From assembly GCA_050084515.1 (NCBI GenBank), contig CM114271.1:22320001-22384000 (forward strand): a DNA stretch of 64,000 bases, written 5' to 3'. Shown here piece by piece: positions 12,124 through 24,779 of the stretch. This DNA is from Blasia pusilla. Taxonomy: Eukaryota. Within the stretch, counting starts at the first letter, position 1; every line of letters starts with the position of its first letter. The notes below the pieces were generated by a model. It had not been told where the DNA came from, did not search any database, and saw nothing but the letters and a program-made list of their open reading frames with translations. Position numbers and translations under genes: made by a program.

Positions 12124-14369
12124 TCAGAGAAACATTTGCCCCAGCAAATCATACTTTGTAGGATCTTCAAGCGCATCGGATGATCCCGTCCACGATTTCC
12201 AGTAACCCTTTCCAAGCTCGGATTTACTTGGTTTCTCAATTGTCGAGCTATTGGAAGCCACAATCCTTTGATCTCCCTCAACTTTCTGCACCTTACCATC
12301 AACTGGGGCGGCTCCTTTCTCATCTACACTATCACCATCTATCTCTACAATCATCTCATTTGTACTATGAGATTCTAGTGTAACACACGACATTGGGCGC
12401 TCAGGCTCTTCTTCTCTTGGTCTTTTCAAGCTCGTTTCGGCTTTGCCGCTGGCCACTCTTGCGCTGGTACCAGACACTTGTGCCACATTCTCTTTCTCGG
12501 ACAAAACAGCGTCCTGGTGGCAATCACATCCCAGTTGGGTAAACCCAGTCAATTCACAGAATGTAGCATCCACCTTCTCCGTTATCTCCACACCCACTCC
12601 TTCCTTGGAGAGCATGAGCTTCCATGCTGCATTTGAAGCTCTTTCTAATACAGCAACACTGAGATTCCAACATTCAAACACAGTTAATACTCGCACATAT
12701 ACCTCGTCCAGCTATTTCCAACTCTAGAGACTGACTCTACTCACAACACCTTATCAACGGATGTAGGAGCCAGACACTCTGTGGCGGTTACAATGACAGA
12801 GTGACTGGTAATACCTATGAGACACGCAATAGAATCTCAGACATTGTGATACACTCAATTACTAAATTGACTCCAACACAATAGAGATTGAGTTTCCTGT
12901 GACGCTATATAATCACTGTAATCACAAACAATCATTTCAATTCCCACACCGGAGGAGATTTTACTTGTGTGAAATGCAGTGATTGGGAAGAGTCACAGAA
13001 GATTGTATCTCTAATAAAGCACTACAAATTTTGAATCTCTTTCTTTCCAGGACTGGCAGGTTCAGTGACGATCCTCACCTAACCTAGTTGTGAGACAGAG
13101 TCGCATTATGCCTTCTCATAGACCTCCTTCGTATCACATGATAGCTCACCTTAGGATCGTTGTCTTATTCGTTCAACCTCTGACGACTAAAAGATGAATC
13201 TCATGTACAGGACAAGGATTCTCGATGCTGGAAAGGTACTTCTGAGGCAAAGACCACCACCCACCTTAGTTCATGACGAAGTTCTTCCATGAGCTGTCTC
13301 CTACTCTTGGTCTCAACACCTGGAGTTCTGAGCACCTCGCTCTGCTCCACCGAAGTTAAGATGAAGCTTTTAAGGTCATCCTAGTGACATACACACGATG
13401 TCAACAAAAGGAAAGCTCATAATTAGCTAAAGCTTGTATTATATTGACAGTATGGAGGGTCGAAGATTAATCTCTGGTAATACTCCTGATGGGTGCAATA
13501 TGCTAGAAGCAGGAAGAATTCACCCTGGATAGAAACATGGAGACTGAATTTCGACACAGATACTCATAGGTAGATATTCCACCCTTAATGACAGTTGCGA
13601 ACTGGAGGGTTACAACAAGTACTTGGTGAAAGACAGTCGGGGTCACCTCCGACTGTCTTTATAATACATAGACTGTATTATAAAGACTATATGATACGGT
13701 CTATTTAATGAAAATTCAATTTTAATCAAAGCCTCCGTAAGCATCCTTGCTGGGAGATTGACCTGCTCTAGTTCTCCACGAAAAAGAATACCGCACTCTT
13801 CCCAGTGTTCGATTAAGATTCGATATCAAGGTGTTCGTAGCGTCTTCTAAGGAAATGTTCCCGTCTTCGATTCTCTTCCAATTTCTCAATGTGAACTGCA
13901 TTTCCCTCCTCTCTCCTCTCTCAGAAACCCTAACCCTAGGCTACATGACGGAACGAGGAAAAATCCGCTCCGCACAAAGCCGAGAACACTTCGATTTGCA
14001 TCTGACCGTGGACGCGCGAACGTCTCCGTTCAAATCTTAGTTACTGGGAGGGAAAAAACTCAGACTAGGGACACAACTCCCATTGCGAATCAAGTCAGAA
14101 GATCGCACTTGCGTTCATCTAGAGGAATGGATTCCCGTCACTTAGGATTGACTTCGTACGTAAATTCAACGCGTGAAATTCCGACGTCGCATCCCCTTGC
14201 GCGAGAATACTAAATCAAACCAATTTGGAGATCTGCTGCATCAACACGTACTCACATTTGATTTTAGCAGAGAAATGAGAGAGCTCCGCAGATTATCGAA
14301 CGTGCCATCGTACATCAAGCATTTCAGCACGTCCTGAGGCTTCACCGTCGCAGATACGTCGTCCGACAT
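12124..14369 (-). CDS. BOD1/Shg1-like (COMPASS component domain) protein; coding exons 14369-14256, 13380-13265 and 12658-~12124; 5' UTR exon near 14495-14720; C-terminus uncertain
   Basis: Spliced product MSDDVSATVKPQDVLKCLMYDGTFDNLRSSLISLLKSN|DDLKSFILTSVEQSEVLRTPGVETKSRRQLMEELRHEL|SVAVLERASNAAWKLMLSKEGVGVEITEKVD fits the BOD1/Shg1 pattern (L.DDG.FD.LR...L..NEEL...W.L). Intron phases (0, 2) are consistent. A further intron near 12155-12069 could give a short alternative C-terminus. Confidence 0.75.
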
Positions 14370-15739
14370 CTAGCAGTATAACGAATCAGGACATAAAGAG
14401 TCCCAAAGCCGATCCAATTCCACCTTCCGCACACGCCTCCGCCGTCCAGACTCAACGGAAAACACTTCGCGAATCCTGCTCTTCTACAACCTACCTATGT
14501 GCTCGACTTCTCTCTCCGCCCCCTCCATACTCTCTTCGCGCAGACTCCTGCCACTCCTCTACATATCCCTGTCCATGCGCACCCCAATTTTTGACTGCCT
14601 CACAACGAGCTTGCCGCGCGGTATCGTCCACAAATCGCTGGAACACAGAGTCGTCGACGATTCTCTCTCTCTCTCTCTTCAATGATGCGATGGACTCCCC
14701 TCTCCTCCCGCTGTCCACCTTCGCTCCGGCCTAAGGTTTTGCATGTAAGAGTCCGAGGCATGACGTCCTACTATCATAACATTCTTTTTTAATTATTGGA
14801 GATTGCCTCTGATAATTAAAAAAATTGTAAATTAAATCAAACCAGTACCCAGCTTGTTTTGGTTTTTTAGTATGGATGGGGAGGAAAATTAAATTGTTTA
14901 CAAAGAATGAAAATTTTGTTATATGAATTGACAGGACAAGAGAGTATGAATTGATAGATAGGGAAAGTAGAAAAAAATCTTAATACCAAAGGAAAATACA
15001 TAGGAGGGTTAGTAGACAAGTGCTAACACCGAGTGGAATAGATTCAAAGTTCATTATTAAGTTGCTCACGTCTCCATTCACATTTATGTTTGAAAATTTA
15101 TCACATAATAATTTGCATTGTGGAGCCTTTGCATTACTAATCCACTTGGCATAAAGAGAGAGAATTGATTTACAAGTCATAGTAATAGGGGCCTTAATAA
15201 GATAATAAAAAATTATTTAAAAATGGTGCTTAGAATTTTTTAATTGTGGAAGGTAATTTAAACCCATGCATCCGACTTCCCCTATAATGGAAGAACTTTG
15301 AATTTTGTACATGCTATTTATGGGAGATCTTTTACGGAAATAATTAATAAGAGACTAAAATAATATCAAACGGGAATTCAAATAAAAGAATGGAACAACT
15401 CATAAAAAGGTGAAGAAAAAAGTATTGAAAAAGAAAGATTCAAAAGACTTTATATAAAAAGAGGATAGAAGAATCTAGCTGTAAAGGCACCCAAAATTGA
15501 GTATTCTAATAGCTAAAGGATTTTGAGGGAAAATCCATCATAAAAACAAACTACAAAATAGGACAAAACAAGGCAATAACATCCCAACAAGGGAAGCAAG
15601 CAAGAAACACAAAAAGGAATGCATGAAGGGATTGGTAACAAGCTTGAACAAAAACCAACTAAAGAAGCTATGATATTAATAGTTTGAAACAAATATGGCA
15701 TAAACACTTAGGGTTGGTCAATACGGAATGGATTAGGAG

Positions 15740-16150
15740 ATGAGTGGCCACCGACCACTTTGGCTCAATGTATCAACGACAATGCTTATGCATGTTGTAA
15801 TACCACCAAAATGTATTGTAAAAAATAAGTACTCATAGTGGAGAGAGAACGACTACAAGAAGGTACTAGTTGATGTTTCTTGAGGGAATGGTGAGTATTT
15901 GTTTTCACAAAAGTATCAAAAGATGCATGTAAGTGCCCAATAAATTCCACTATAAAAGGAATAGATCCATATATATATACCCTAAACCATATATATCTCA
16001 CCACATAAATGAACTCATTGATTCTTCTTGTTATATTGATTGTTGAACCGTTAGTATATGCAGCCTAACGCACCAAGTGAGAACTGTTGGATTAGCAACC
16101 ACCACATCATCTAATAGACAAAAGCCACCTCGAGATATAACAAGGTCAAC
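15740..16150 (-). mobile_element. Decayed 3' end of an RLE-type (CRE/R2-like) non-LTR retrotransposon
   Basis: Translation SIPFIVEFIGHLHASFDTFV...STYFLQYILVVLQHA*A resembles the restriction-like endonuclease C-terminus (FIP...E..G ... RQ.IS.ALQ..QA). Confidence 0.5.
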
Positions 16151-16439
16151 TATTTTTTTTAACACAACAACCACTGTTTTATTCTCATTATTAATTTTTT
16201 TCTCAAAAAAAAAATTCTAAGAGAGTATAATTGTATAAGAGGAGGGAAAGAACGTCTACATCAAAGGGTGGTGGGGGAACTCATAGGAATTATTAAAGAT
16301 AGGGGCGGGGGGAGAGGGGTTTCAATGAGTCGAGTATGTGAGTGTCGTATCCAGCCTGGGAAAAAGAGGGGGCATCCCCCCTATGAGTTAAATTCACTAA
16401 CAATAGAAACAATATCAACAATGCCTAGGGAAATATTCC

Positions 16440-17000
16440 TACCATTAAGAGGGCCTCTAGCACCAACGTCTCCCATCTCCTAAGCCCGCCTCAAAAGCAT
16501 ATTGGCTTGGGCACATTGCACCGCTATGTAGACCAATTGTCTACAATAAAGAATTGTAGTAGCTAAAGATAATCCATTTCTCAATTGGAGACTATGAGCG
16601 CAATCCTAAGGAACAAGTCAAAACGTCTCCCCCATACATCTCTATCGTTAGGGGGATGAATCGATGTTTGTCAAGAAGTTCACTATAGAGACGAGTCTTA
16701 TTCACTGTCACCACCATTGCCACTCCTTGTTGTAATCTCCCTTCTACCACCATATGGGCTCCCATTGACTCTCATATAAAATCCATCACTAAAACATCCG
16801 CCACCACCACTTCAACCTCATAAGTCGTATAAAGATCAACACAAATTAAGGGATCCCGCATCGAGTAGTGATGCTCTCTTTGAATGTAGAATCCACCCTC
16901 CTAAGCAATACAAAACAAGATATCCTGCATAACATTGTGATTGGAAATCCTCTCACCGCCAACTCAACATCGTCCCAAATGCGAGCCCAAATTCACACCA
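16440..17000 (-). mobile_element. Second decayed RLE-type non-LTR retrotransposon 3' end
   Basis: Minus frames give EGGFYIQRE...VDLY...VVVADVLVMD, KTRLY...HRFIPLTIEMYG and LYCRQLVYIAVQCAQANMLLRRA. These are PD-(D/E)xK RLE-domain motifs, interrupted by stops. Confidence 0.6.
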
Positions 17001-18037
17001 AGAGAATCTTAACTCTGACGATACTCATAGTGTGTTGAACCAACCACGGTAAGAGACCGGAATGGGTAACCTGACAATAATGTCGATGTCGCTCCTTGGC
17101 TACTGTAAATCTTGACCCCAACTTGGTCGTGAAGACAACTCCTCCAATCATCAAGTCGTACTCCTCACGTACTGAGGCTGCTCAAACCTCCTCGCTGTGC
17201 GGTGCAGATCCAGGGGTCTGGTACGACACTGGCGAAAAGGAACGACTACAAATGGCACGGCACTCGGGAATAGGGTGCGGCACTCGGCGACATATCCTCC
17301 TCAATCAGCAATTCACACGCTTTGCTCCTTAGTGAAGGAGCGCCTCCGCGATCGAGACGGTGCGGTGCGATCACGAGCGGCATGGCACGGCACGGCGCGG
17401 AAATTGGCGGCGCGTTGCGGCTACGGGCGTCACGGCACGGTACTCGATCATCGTCGAGCGGCTACCAATTACAACATAGCATCATGAAATGAAAACTCAA
17501 ACACCATAACCCGAGGTCATATGCCATCACTGGTTGATGAAGAAATTGCGATGACGGTGGTGGCCAAAACAAAGTACGTGATGGCGGCGCAAGTAAGAGA
17601 ATCAACGGTCATCGTGGAAGACCCTCCACTCCGTAATGGCGGAAATGGCAACCAAGGGTGGACAATGGCCAAACGCAACTCTGAGCAGCGTTAGGCGGTG
17701 ACAGCAGCCGACGATGGACGGTGGATCGTGGACCGCTTACGGTGACGGTGGCGATGACGGTTGACCGATGACGGTGAAAATGGACCGTTGATGGTGATGG
17801 TGGACCATTGACGGTAACTATGATGGCGACGGCCACCGCCTGCATGGCAGCTGGTTTAGGGTTTGAAAAATTTAACCCTAAAAATTGTGTCACATCTGAG
17901 TAGCAGATAAGCCGAGATCTATCGTGGATAAGGCGTAGGAGCCAGCGGACTATCTTGAGTGTAACTTTGTCCCACGGTGTCGGATGAGGATGAGGATAGG
18001 TCCATTGTGTCAGGAACGTGGTTTTTGACAACTTTCA

Positions 18038-20370
18038 TGTTGAGGTCTTTCACAACTGGATGACTTGTTGACCAGGTCACCCGCCCCTGGTAACCTGTGC
18101 GCGCATGTTACCAAGGGGAGGACTATTTTTAGGGGAAGAGCCTTTTGGCTCTTCCCAACCCTAGATAAGAGAGGAAGGTGGCTTTCCTAAGCCATCTTTC
18201 TCATGTTGGGCTGTTGGAGCACATCTCTTGTATGTGTGTCAGATAGGACTAGGGTGCTAGCGTCCGGATTCCTTGATAGCACAGGGTGGACGAGGCTTGA
18301 TATGCCGATGTAGATTGAGGAGTGGAGTTTTAGGCCGGGTGTGCCATTTTTACTACTCTTTATTTTTACATGAGAAAGATGTCGGGGGGCTGGTGGGAAT
18401 TTGTTGTTTGCAAGTAGGAAAGCGAGTTGCCTTGGTTGGGAGCCCCTAGAGACGCGTGTGTTGTGGATGTCGGTCATTTTTTGTGTTCGGAAGGCCGTGG
18501 GCAAAAGCGCTCTCCGTTTTTCTCAGATTTTGCTGGTGCGGATTGATTGGGGACAACAGTCGAGTGTTGTGTGCAGTGGGACGGCGAGTGTACCCAAGTG
18601 AGGGTGTCGGGAAAGAGCAGGAGGCGATTTAGGTCACAGAGGCGGCAATGGGCGGCGACGGGCGTGGAAGGGCGAACGGCGACAGGAAAACGGCGCCCCT
18701 CCCCCCCGGCGCATTTATTTCTCGTCATAGGCCGCGTGTGGGGATAGGCAGAGAGGTTTGCACGACATGATGTTTTCGGGCACAATAGGGATTTGCAAGA
18801 GTTGACGATGGAGTGTCAGTGCGCATGATGTCGAGGGGTTGTCCGCATCTATTGACGGGAGGATTGACGTGTTGGTCGAGGAGAGTATTGTGTTGCAGAC
18901 GTTGTTGTGTCACATGTAGGAGTGCGTGTTGACGGTGCCGTAGGTTGGAGGGCGTAATCAGGCTACCCATTCGAGTCCCTTTTCCCGCACTTGTCATGTG
19001 TGATTGAGAGTGCTAGGTATCGGGTAGTAGCTTGTGCTAGGTGGGTGCAGCGATGGTGACGAGTGTAGATTCTTTTCATGTGTAGCATGTTGGTGGATAT
19101 ACGGCGGTTTCCGCGTAGAGGTCGCATGTATGACCCGAGAGTGTCACTAGGTTAGGTGAGTCAGTTGGAAGGCTCATGGTGAGCCCGAGTGTTGAGTGTG
19201 CGTGAGGCCGGGTATGTCACGGGATTGATGTTAGCATAGGTGAGCTAGTGAGGAGTGTGGGAGACTCTCGGTGAGTTTGTGTGCTTGAGCGGGTGAGACA
19301 GGGTTTGTCATCACGGCGTTCTTCCAGGGTTCGGAAGAACGGGTTAGTGCGAGCAGTGGTAGTGGTGTGACACGGAGTGGAGTGAGATATCGAGGAGTTA
19401 CCAGTGAGGAGCTACCTTGACATCCATCTGTGGCTAGATCGTCATCACTAGACACTGGGTCTAGTGACGAGATCGCAGACAGAGATAGTAGTACTTGGCA
19501 AGAGATGGACGACATGGGCCATCGAGGCATGTGTTGTTTCTCGGGTGTAGCGGGCACCATCGACTTAGATGATTTTATTTAGGAGTTCGACACGTGGTGC
19601 GACTTCTTGGAGATACGGACCCCAACACGGTTCAACCCTTTCATGGCATGGAAGGGGTTGTTCCAGCACTTGGAGGGTCCTTCGATGGATGACTACATGG
19701 AGTTTTGATCACTATATTCAGTAGAGATCGATGCCTAGAGGATGTATTGGGCTCCAGGATATGTGTCCACTAGTGGCCGCGAGGCATATGATGGGATTGT
19801 GAGAGGAGAGAGACCCACATCATCAGCCCAGAGACTAGATGGAGAGGAGGGCAGTGAGACAGGCGAAGTGGCAGAGACCTCTGGTGGTAGAGGGCCACCC
19901 AGCTTCAACCCCACAATGGAGTTCTTTTGACAATTGGGGAAGAGCTACCAGGGCATATGCGCCGACAAGTTGAAGAGTCTATATGATTTTCAATGAGTAT
20001 CGGGTGAGAGTATGAGAGAGGCATTGACACACATGAGGAGGGTGATCATTGCTACGTATGGAGTGACTGAGGCGCAATCAGTCCAGTATTGGTATGGGGT
20101 TATGGACCGAGAACTACGGAGGAGAGTCCGAGATGCAGTGTTGATTCACACAGAGAAGCCCAGATTGAAGGTGGTCTTTGAGTTGTCTGAGCGTAGTGTG
20201 CTCAACATGAGTGAGGAGCAGGTAGTGACCGCTGGATTTTCTCGAGAGTCAACGGGTCCACGAGCGACGGTGACCCCATAAGTGCAACAACAAGCACCAA
20301 TACCACGGGAGCGGTCCGGTGTGCCCAGAGAGCAGGGCGGGTACAGTGAGCCTATGAGGCAATGACCCGT
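18038..20370 (+). mobile_element. Truncated LTR retrotransposon (possible LTR from TGTTGAGG at 18038) with decayed gag at ~19514-20330
   Basis: Gag-like translation DLDDFI*EFDTWCD...FMAWKGLFQHLEG...FNPTMEFF...LKSLYDF...ESMREALTHMRRVI...YWYGVMDRELRRRVRD, with multiple stops. It is homologous to 56430-57175. The left boundary is tentative. Confidence 0.55.
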
Positions 20371-20408
20371 ACCTACATATGTTGCTCGGAACTGTGGTAA
20401 GCGGAATA

Positions 20409-21475
20409 GGAACCACAGTTCTGATTCTTCCTCCTTCCTCTCGCCACACTTGAAGAAGAGCCACGCCTCACTTGAGAATCCGCGAAACAAGAACTTGAGT
20501 TCCGATTCTTCTCTCCTTCCTTTGAACGCCATGCTAAAACAGAGAGTTTTTTCGACCTCACTTCTTGGGTCCGTGCCAAATGGATCAGAACTTGAGTTCT
20601 GATTGCCTTTACTATCCTCTCCACCTCCCTGTAGAGAGAACACAACTAAGGAGTGGAATGGGAACTAGAGTTATGATTGCCTCCTTCCTATCCTCTCCAC
20701 CTCCTTGTAGAGAAGACCCACAAATGAAGGGCGGAATGAGAACTGAAGTTCCAATTGCATCCTCACTTCACTTCCATACGTTGCCGCATTAAGCCACGCC
20801 GTAGTAGTCAACTGCAGTTAAGACGCTCCACTGTTCTCCAACTGAGACATAATTGGAACTTGAGTTCCCAATCCTCCTTACTTCCTTGTCACTCTCGCCG
20901 CGCCAATCTTTGCTACGCCGGCGAGATGACCACCATGCACTTGAACCACGCCTTGGCTCAACCGAGCTCGATATGGAACTTGAGTTCCAAATCCCTTTTG
21001 CAACTTCTTGTTACCCTTGCCGCGCCGTGCCATTCCGCGCCCTTCAGGTGACTCAACCCTTTCTGCTAAATCAACACTTCAGTTTCGAGTCCTACTTCGT
21101 TGCTCTGCTCCAAACTACCTCTTGGGAGGGATCTACTGAATCAAAACTTAAGTTCTCATGCCTCCCTTAACTCCACCAACTTTGTGGATAGCAGTCCTAG
21201 GTATACTCCAGTAACGGCTCCAAACTAGTGACGCTAGCTCCTCCACACTAGCAGCACTCCAAACCTTTCTCAACCCCTCATCAAGGGAAAGCTTCACCAC
21301 GTAGCCTCTTCCTTGCCTTTCCTGAACCACGTTCACAAGGGAAATCAGAACTTCAGTTTCGATTGAATGAAGAGCTCCTCCTCCTCCTCCTCCTCCTCCT
21401 CCTCCTCCTCCTCCTCACTCCTTCTAACTAGCTCTCCAAACAAGGGCTATCAGAACTTAAGTTCTAATGCCTCCC
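20409..21475. repeat. Dispersed array of a short quasi-palindrome GAACTTRAGTTC (about 9-10 copies), probably inside a transposon
   Basis: Copies near 20491, 20588, 20663, 20740, 20856, 20975, 21144, 21348 and 21453, often followed by YRATT/ATGCC. Confidence 0.7.
21375..21416. repeat. (CTC)n microsatellite, about 14 units
   Basis: Directly visible. Confidence 0.95.
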
Positions 21476-24400
21476 ACAACAGCTCCAGCAGCGATCTCCT
21501 GCCCTTTCCACGCCAATGATCCGCTCATCTCAAGGAATCTACGTGACTTTGGGGAATCTTTTGGAATCTTTCTCAAATCTGCCCTATTTTGTGTCCCATT
21601 TTTACAGTTGGACTCAGTTTTTTGTGAGCTTTCTAATGGCGAATTCAGATTTGATAAAATCTTGCACAATCAAACACCATTGTGCCCTCCTTACATTCAC
21701 TTCTTGCTTGATTTTCCTCCTGACCAACATTCATCCAATTTGGTCCAGAATCAAGCACACCTCACTCAAAATCAGCAACGAAGTGCCCACACACTTGCTT
21801 ACTTGCCCACACTCAATCAGGTCACAATTGAGACTGATTTCCTCACCATAATTGTCTCAAGAACTCCGTCCCTACAATTTGATCCTCAATTGCTCCACTC
21901 TTGAGCAACTCCACCAAGATTGAGAAGCCTCCCCCTCTCCAAATCCTGTCAAATCTGTCACATTGCACAGATTTCTCAATTCACAACATCTCATTTTGAT
22001 TTCAGAAATTTTTGTGCCCCATGTCCTTCCACATGGTCATGATACACTAGCTTGCAATTCCTGCAAACCCACAACACCACAATTATGCTCTACACTACAA
22101 ATTGAGTCCGACTTTTTCTTCTAGTGAGAGCAAGCATGCATCTCCTTAGGATATAAAGTTGAATACGCACTGTAAGCTCTCATGAAATCTGCAATCAACT
22201 GCAATTCATGGAAATAGCCATACTCATGATTTTGATACACATTAGTGTAATAACAAGAGAAAGTATACACAAGAATTCCCAAAATGTGTGATCTCCTTAT
22301 TGATCACTCCTAGCCCACTCTTCAATAGAGAATCCATGCTCAATACCTGCAAGCCGCTCTATATCACGGATCCCAACAAGGGTCTGCAATCCTAAGGAGA
22401 TGAGCTCCAAATAAGCCTCATATAAGATATACCCCCTTGGCACCTCCATGAATGTACCCACAGGTCACCACCCTCCTAGCAGGTCACTACCCACATGTAG
22501 TACACACCTACTAGCTCCCTAACAAGTACACATGTGGTCCCTTCATGAGACCAACTTCGAACTAACCCATGAACCTACAGGTCCAAGTGGAGCCATACAT
22601 GGCTGGGAAGGTCAACCTCTTCAAGGTTGCCACTCCTCATAAAGGGAAGGGTGACCTACACTTGTAGGTTACATATGACCTCTCAAAATAGGGAAGTACA
22701 AGACCCCTCTAAGGCCTCAATACTATCTCGCCCTACGCCTCATCTATCATGACAGATAAGACATCATGTTTTATCAAACTTGAAATGATAAAACATGAAG
22801 ATAAGAAGGGTCAATTAATTGATTTTATTAGAAAGAAAGGTATAATTAATTAATTGCGGTCTCATGGTAGGAATGTGATCCTATGCCATCTTAAATAAAA
22901 ATGAAGTGCGCAACAACATATTCAATTCTATGATCAAAGATAAGTATCAAGAAGTTACCACATCTCACATCTTACAAATTCAAGTGATGAGCATTACATA
23001 TATAAAGTGTTTGCTTTTAGGTTTCATATTGCCTTGTGTATGATTTGTATTTTCCTTGTAAAATATTGCTCATACTATTTTTTTAGATTACAATATTAAA
23101 TTAAAACTATGACATTTATCACTGAATTATATCAAGATCATACGGAGGATTTTATCAAGAGTATGATGTCACATCTTTTAAAGTGGACCGAAGAGTTTTT
23201 GTTCGGCATACACTTCAAGAGAGACTAAATGTTGAGCCCAATTGGACATAGATGACCTATTTAGGAGTAGGATAAAGAGCATGTTTCCTCTTGGATTGGG
23301 CCTAATGTTTAGTGAAATCATTTTGGATTGGGCTATTTTAAAGATTTTCCGTCCAATATTTTAGATTTTTGGAAATTTTCTCAATATACTCCATGAGATT
23401 TTAGACAATTGATGGATATATGTTTCACACATTGGAATAGTACGAAAATTCTGCAAAAAGTAACCAAAAACTATCCATGTTTAGGAAAGAGTGTTCGTTT
23501 TCAGCTGAGATGATGCTTTCAATGGACGAAGTGTGATCGTACAACTTTTCGATTGCCAAAAAACCAATACTTGTACATGATTGATTAGCAAACTGGATGG
23601 GTAGATTATTTTGGGGGAGGCGGCATAATCTTAGCCATTCATTTTTATCGATGCCCAATTAGGAAACTAATATGAGTTGTCCAATGGGGATCATACGACA
23701 AGATCCAAACACGGTCCTAAAAGGTGGCCCAATCATTGAATGAAGATCCTATCGTGGGGCTCTTCTGCCCTCATTCTCGGTTTCGCACTTTCACATATGT
23801 AGCCTTACTTTCATGTTATTACGTGGGCAACTCTATTGATTTACTTTTGTGCTTTCACCTAAGCAACGATGTTGCCTCACTTTTGTGCGTTTACGATTTT
23901 ACCTTTGTACCTTCGATATCTCACATCCATGTTTTCACTTACGCATGTTCGCTGCCTATATTTTATTACTTCACTTGCGTAGTTCCAACTGCTTTGATAT
24001 CTCTTTTTCACACTTTCACGTGGGCAACTTTACTACCTCTACAAATTCACTAAGTCCACCATCTCCGCAAATCCTATGACTCTCTGCCTCATTGCATCCC
24101 AAGTCATCAAGTTTTGACTTACATGAAGTTGTGTCCTACAACTTTTGACTCTCAATTTGGTCTCATATTTTCCTCTGGAGTCCACATGGCTTTCGCAACC
24201 TCCGTTTTCTGCTCACGTCTCGGCACTTTTGTAGCCCCTCTCAAAACTCTCGAACACAGTATGAGTTATTGAAAGTTCATCCTAGTAAACCCGATCAAGA
24301 TTTTGACCTCGATAGTTTTAGGTAATATTGTATGTAAGACAAAGCTTATTTGTTGGCTTATTGAGTTCCATACTTTGCATCAATAGAATGAATATTTTTA

Positions 24401-24779
24401 CCATGTTCTTTTAGAATATGTTGTATTTCGATTTGGGGCCGCTCTGATATCATGTTCAATTCCCAAATTATCATATTTTCACAAATGTGTGTATTCCAAA
24501 TTAGTGATAGATATGAATGATTTGTATGAACTTATTAATTAAGTCGTGCTATTCAAAAGCTTTCAAGCCAAATACATAATTCTAAAATTATTGCGAAGGT
24601 GGTTAATGTCTTGCAACTCTAACTTGAAATGGACTTCAATAAGATGATTGCAATATCTTCTCATACCAATCATTCGATACATAATCCATTAGTTAGTGAA
24701 AATGAAGAGCATGATTTCAAGGTTCTTAATGATAAGCATAAAACTTTATTTATGAGTTTATAAGATCATATGTTTAGAT

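Noticed and set aside
14491-14718. 75-aa ORF as first coding exon
   Set aside because: Splicing at the GTAGGT donor puts TAG directly in frame before ATG 14369, so it behaves as a 5' UTR exon.
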